64,000 bases of DNA from Klebsiella pneumoniae (lineage in GTDB: Bacteria > Pseudomonadota > Gammaproteobacteria > Ga0077536): contig CAMCQE010000002.1 of assembly GCA_945876945.1 (NCBI GenBank), positions 2,985 to 66,984 of the forward strand. Reading direction: 5' to 3'. A program made the translations under genes and the position numbers. Under the pieces are notes generated by a model. The model was not told the origin of the DNA and made no database searches. It worked only from the letters and a program-made list of their open reading frames with translations. Positions 61,344 to 64,000 of this stretch are shown one piece after another; position 1 is the first letter of the stretch, and each line of letters opens with the position of its first letter.

Positions 61344-62512
61344 CGCGGGCGTCGCCGTCACCGGCGCAGGCGGTTGTGGCCGGCTTGCTGGTGCTGGTCA
61401 GCGTGATGGGGATCGGGCGCTTCGCCTACACGCCACTCCTGCCCCGGATGCAGGACGCGATGGGCTGGAGTCTGGCGCAGGCCGGCGATATCGCGAGCGC
61501 TAATTTTCTCGGCTATCTGCTGGGCGCTCTGGCATCGGGCAAAATCGCCGGCCGCCCCAACCGGGCCCATTGGCTGGTCGGGGCGCTGCTGGCGAGCGCG
61601 TTGACGACGCTGCTCGGCGTCTACCCCTGGACCTATGGTGCCTGGCTGGTGCTGCGACTGGTGGCGGGGGCCGCGAGCGCCATCAGCATGGTGATCGGCA
61701 CGGCGCTGGTCATCGATTACGTTTCGCAGAGTGGCCGACCGGCGCTCAGTACCGCGCCCTTTCCTGGGGTCGGGATCGGCATTGTGCTTTCGGTGCTGGT
61801 GATTGAAGCAACCACCCGCGCGGGCTTGTCGGTGGCGGGTCAGTGGGGGGCGCTCGGGGTTAGCGCGCTCGTCTGTGCCGGCATCGCCTTACCCGTCTTC
61901 CTGCGCCTGCCCAACCTGCGCCCGGCGGCATCCCTCTCCGGCAAGAGGCCGCAGGCCAGCGGCAACGTCGCCCATCTACGCCGCCTGATTGCCGCCTATG
62001 GCCTGCTCGGCTTTGGTTACGTCGTTACCGCCACCTTTATCGTGGCGATGGCTCGTCAGCGGGGCAGTGCGTCCTTCCTCGAGCCGCTGTGCTGGCTGGT
62101 GGTAGGCGCCTGCGCGGCGCCTTCGGTGCCCTTGGGTCGCCGCTTGGCAAACCGGTTTGGCTTGATGGCGGTGATGCGCGGGGCGTTTATTGTGGAAGCG
62201 GTAGGAGTCTTGCTGGCCGGCATCGGCCACGACAGCGTGAGTCTGCTGCTGGGGGGCGCCTGCCTCGGCGCGACCTTTCTGTCCATCACCGCGCTGATTC
62301 TCAATGCGGCCCGCACCGCGGCTGGCCCTTCGGCAGATGCCGCCATGGGCTGGATGACCACCGCGTTCGGCAGCGGCCAATGGCTAGGGCCCTTTTTTGC
62401 GGGTCGGCTGGCGGTATGGTCCGGTGGTTTCGCCGTGCCGTCGCTAGTGGCCGCCGGCCTGTTAGTTCTCGGCGCCGCCCTGCTGCCGGCGGACCCGGCG
62501 CGCGCAGACTAA
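61331..62512 (+). CDS. MFS transporter (YbfB/YjiJ-like)
   Basis: 393 aa, about 12 TM helices. GIGRFAYTPLLPRM is characteristic of the YbfB/YjiJ subgroup. Confidence 0.7.
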   Translation: MPAMTRASPSPAQAVVAGLLVLVSVMGIGRFAYTPLLPRMQDAMGWSLAQAGDIASANFLGYLLGALASGKIAGRPNRAHWLVGALLASALTTLLGVYPWTYGAWLVLRLVAGAASAISMVIGTALVIDYVSQSGRPALSTAPFPGVGIGIVLSVLVIEATTRAGLSVAGQWGALGVSALVCAGIALPVFLRLPNLRPAASLSGKRPQASGNVAHLRRLIAAYGLLGFGYVVTATFIVAMARQRGSASFLEPLCWLVVGACAAPSVPLGRRLANRFGLMAVMRGAFIVEAVGVLLAGIGHDSVSLLLGGACLGATFLSITALILNAARTAAGPSADAAMGWMTTAFGSGQWLGPFFAGRLAVWSGGFAVPSLVAAGLLVLGAALLPADPARAD

Positions 62513-64000
62513 CGCGGCGCGACCACTAACACGGCGGCCGTGCCTTCGCCGCGCGGATCGGAAGCCGCACTCACGGCCCGATGATCGCGGTCCCAAAGGA
62601 TGGCCTGCATGTTGCCGTAGTCGCGATCGGAGCGGCTGAGCTTGTGCCCTAGCTTGCTCAATTCGGCCTGCATCGCCGCATCCATCGCGGCCGGCTCATA
62701 GAGCACTTCATCCGGCAGATATTGATGATGGAAGCGCGGCACTGCGACCCAGTCTGCGGGCGCGAGACCGTCGCTGAACGACAACACGCCAAGCAGCACC
62801 ATGGAGATAATCCGGCTGCCGCCCGGCGTCCCCAGAATACCAATGCGATTAGGCGCCTCGAGGAAAGTAGGGGTCATGGATGAAAGCGGGCGCTTACCCG
62901 GTGCTATTGCATTGGCTTCAACCCCCACCAGACCGTAGCCATTGGGCGCGTTCGGTTTGGACGAGAAATCGTCCATTTCGTCATTCAGCAAAACCCCGGT
63001 GTCGGGCGGCGTGAAGGCGCTGCCAAAGGGGTAGTTGATGCTCAGCGTCGCAGCCACCCGGTTGCCCTCGGCATCGAGCACCGACAAATGCGTCGTGTGG
63101 TCGCCCTGCGCCGGCGGGGTGATAGGCCGCAGCGCGCTGCTGGGTGTGGCCGCGGTGAGCGACAGGTTGGCGCTAACTTCCTTGGCATGGTCTTTATTAA
63201 TCAAATTGGCGACCGGCACTTGGACAAAATCCGGGTCGCCCAGATATTCGGCGCGGTCGCGGTAAGCGCGACGCATCGCCTCAATGATGAGGTGGGTGCG
63301 GGCGGGCTTGGACAGCGCCGGCAGGTCGTAGGGTTCCAGCACGTTAAGCGCTTCAATCAGCGCCACGCCTCCTGAAGACGGCGGCGGGGCGGAGACGATG
63401 CGGATCCCGTGAAAGCTGCCGACCACCGGCGTGCGCTCCTTCACCCGATAGGCGGCGAGGTCTTCCATCGTCCACAGGCCGCCCGCAGCGCGAACACCCG
63501 CCACCAGCAAGCGGGCAACATCGCCCGCATAGAAACCGTCTTTGCCGTGCGTCGCAATGGCCTCCAGCGTCCGCGCGAGGGCCGGTTGCGGCAGCCGCTG
63601 GCCGGGCGCCGGAACGTCGTTGGCCTGCAGAAAAATGGCGGCACTGGTGGGGTCCTTACGCAGAACATCCCGACGCACGCCGGCCATCACGCGGTAACGC
63701 TCGGTCGCGAGGAACCCTTCCCGCGCAATCCGGATGGCGGGGGCGAGCACCCGGGCCAGCGGCAATTGCCCATAGTGTTCGCTGACTTCCACCAAGGCCG
63801 CTGGCAAGCCGGGGATGGCGGCTGCCTTCGCACCGTTGAGCGACAGGCCCGGCACGACATTGCCGGCGGCGTCGAGAAACATGTCGCGAGTGGCGGCGGC
63901 AGGTGCCGTCTCGCGGGCGTCGAGCATGATCTCGCGGCCGCGCTTAACGTCGTGAAGCAGGAAGAAGCCACCGCCACCAAGGCCGGAGGAATAAGGCTCG
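62509..64000 (-). CDS. ggt: Gamma-glutamyltransferase; its N-terminus lies beyond the right window edge
   Basis: The track ORF 62509..63927 continues in frame to 64000 (...SGLGGGGFFLLHD...). Autoprocessing/nucleophile region GDHTTHLSVLDAEGN. C-terminal GTPGGSRI. Confidence 0.9.
   Translation of the reverse strand, partial: EPYSSGLGGGGFFLLHDVKRGREIMLDARETAPAAATRDMFLDAAGNVVPGLSLNGAKAAAIPGLPAALVEVSEHYGQLPLARVLAPAIRIAREGFLATERYRVMAGVRRDVLRKDPTSAAIFLQANDVPAPGQRLPQPALARTLEAIATHGKDGFYAGDVARLLVAGVRAAGGLWTMEDLAAYRVKERTPVVGSFHGIRIVSAPPPSSGGVALIEALNVLEPYDLPALSKPARTHLIIEAMRRAYRDRAEYLGDPDFVQVPVANLINKDHAKEVSANLSLTAATPSSALRPITPPAQGDHTTHLSVLDAEGNRVAATLSINYPFGSAFTPPDTGVLLNDEMDDFSSKPNAPNGYGLVGVEANAIAPGKRPLSSMTPTFLEAPNRIGILGTPGGSRIISMVLLGVLSFSDGLAPADWVAVPRFHHQYLPDEVLYEPAAMDAAMQAELSKLGHKLSRSDRDYGNMQAILWDRDHRAVSAASDPRGEGTAAVLVVAPR

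Overview
GC-rich gammaproteobacterial chromosome segment (third codon positions are visibly dominated by G/C). It holds about 60 tightly packed protein genes on both strands. I saw no rRNA, tRNA, CRISPR array, transposase, integrase or phage genes.

Most of the window is conserved housekeeping synteny: bepA | pfp-hppA | (eight-gene non-housekeeping islet) | maf-rlmH-rsfS-nadD-proA-holA-lptE-leuS | comEA | phoBR | phoU-pstBACS | methyltransferase | ppk/ppx | typA-dtd | pilT-pilU-third pilU-like | yggS-proC-yggT-yggU-metXW | xth | pyrE | DUF4124 | slmA-argB-algC-coaBC | radC-rpmB-rpmG | desA | ABC-2 exporter | mutM | MFS | ggt.

The dominant theme is phosphorus energetics. A putative PPi-dependent phosphofructokinase sits next to an H+-pyrophosphatase. 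About 20 kb downstream lies a contiguous block of phoBR, phoU-pstBACS, an orphan methyltransferase, ppk and ppx.

I did not find an unmistakable new multi-gene system; there is no defence-, toxin- or secretion-type cassette. The best leads for something undescribed are:
- the orphan SAM methyltransferase wedged between pstS and ppk, together with the long-form PstC (beta-propeller) and PstA (coiled-coil);
- the GNAT / CHK-type kinase / VOC row;
- a membrane-anchored quinoprotein-cytochrome c fusion divergent from a small TonB-dependent receptor;
- RsfS carrying a repeat-encoded polycationic tail;
- AlgC carrying a sensor-like two-TM N-terminal module;
- three tandem PilT-family ATPases;
- an SD-sequestering inverted repeat ahead of desA.

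All family names come from motifs I recognise in the translations, not from a database search. Many long ORFs in the supplied track are antisense shadows typical of GC-rich DNA and were rejected. Several true starts were trimmed relative to the track.
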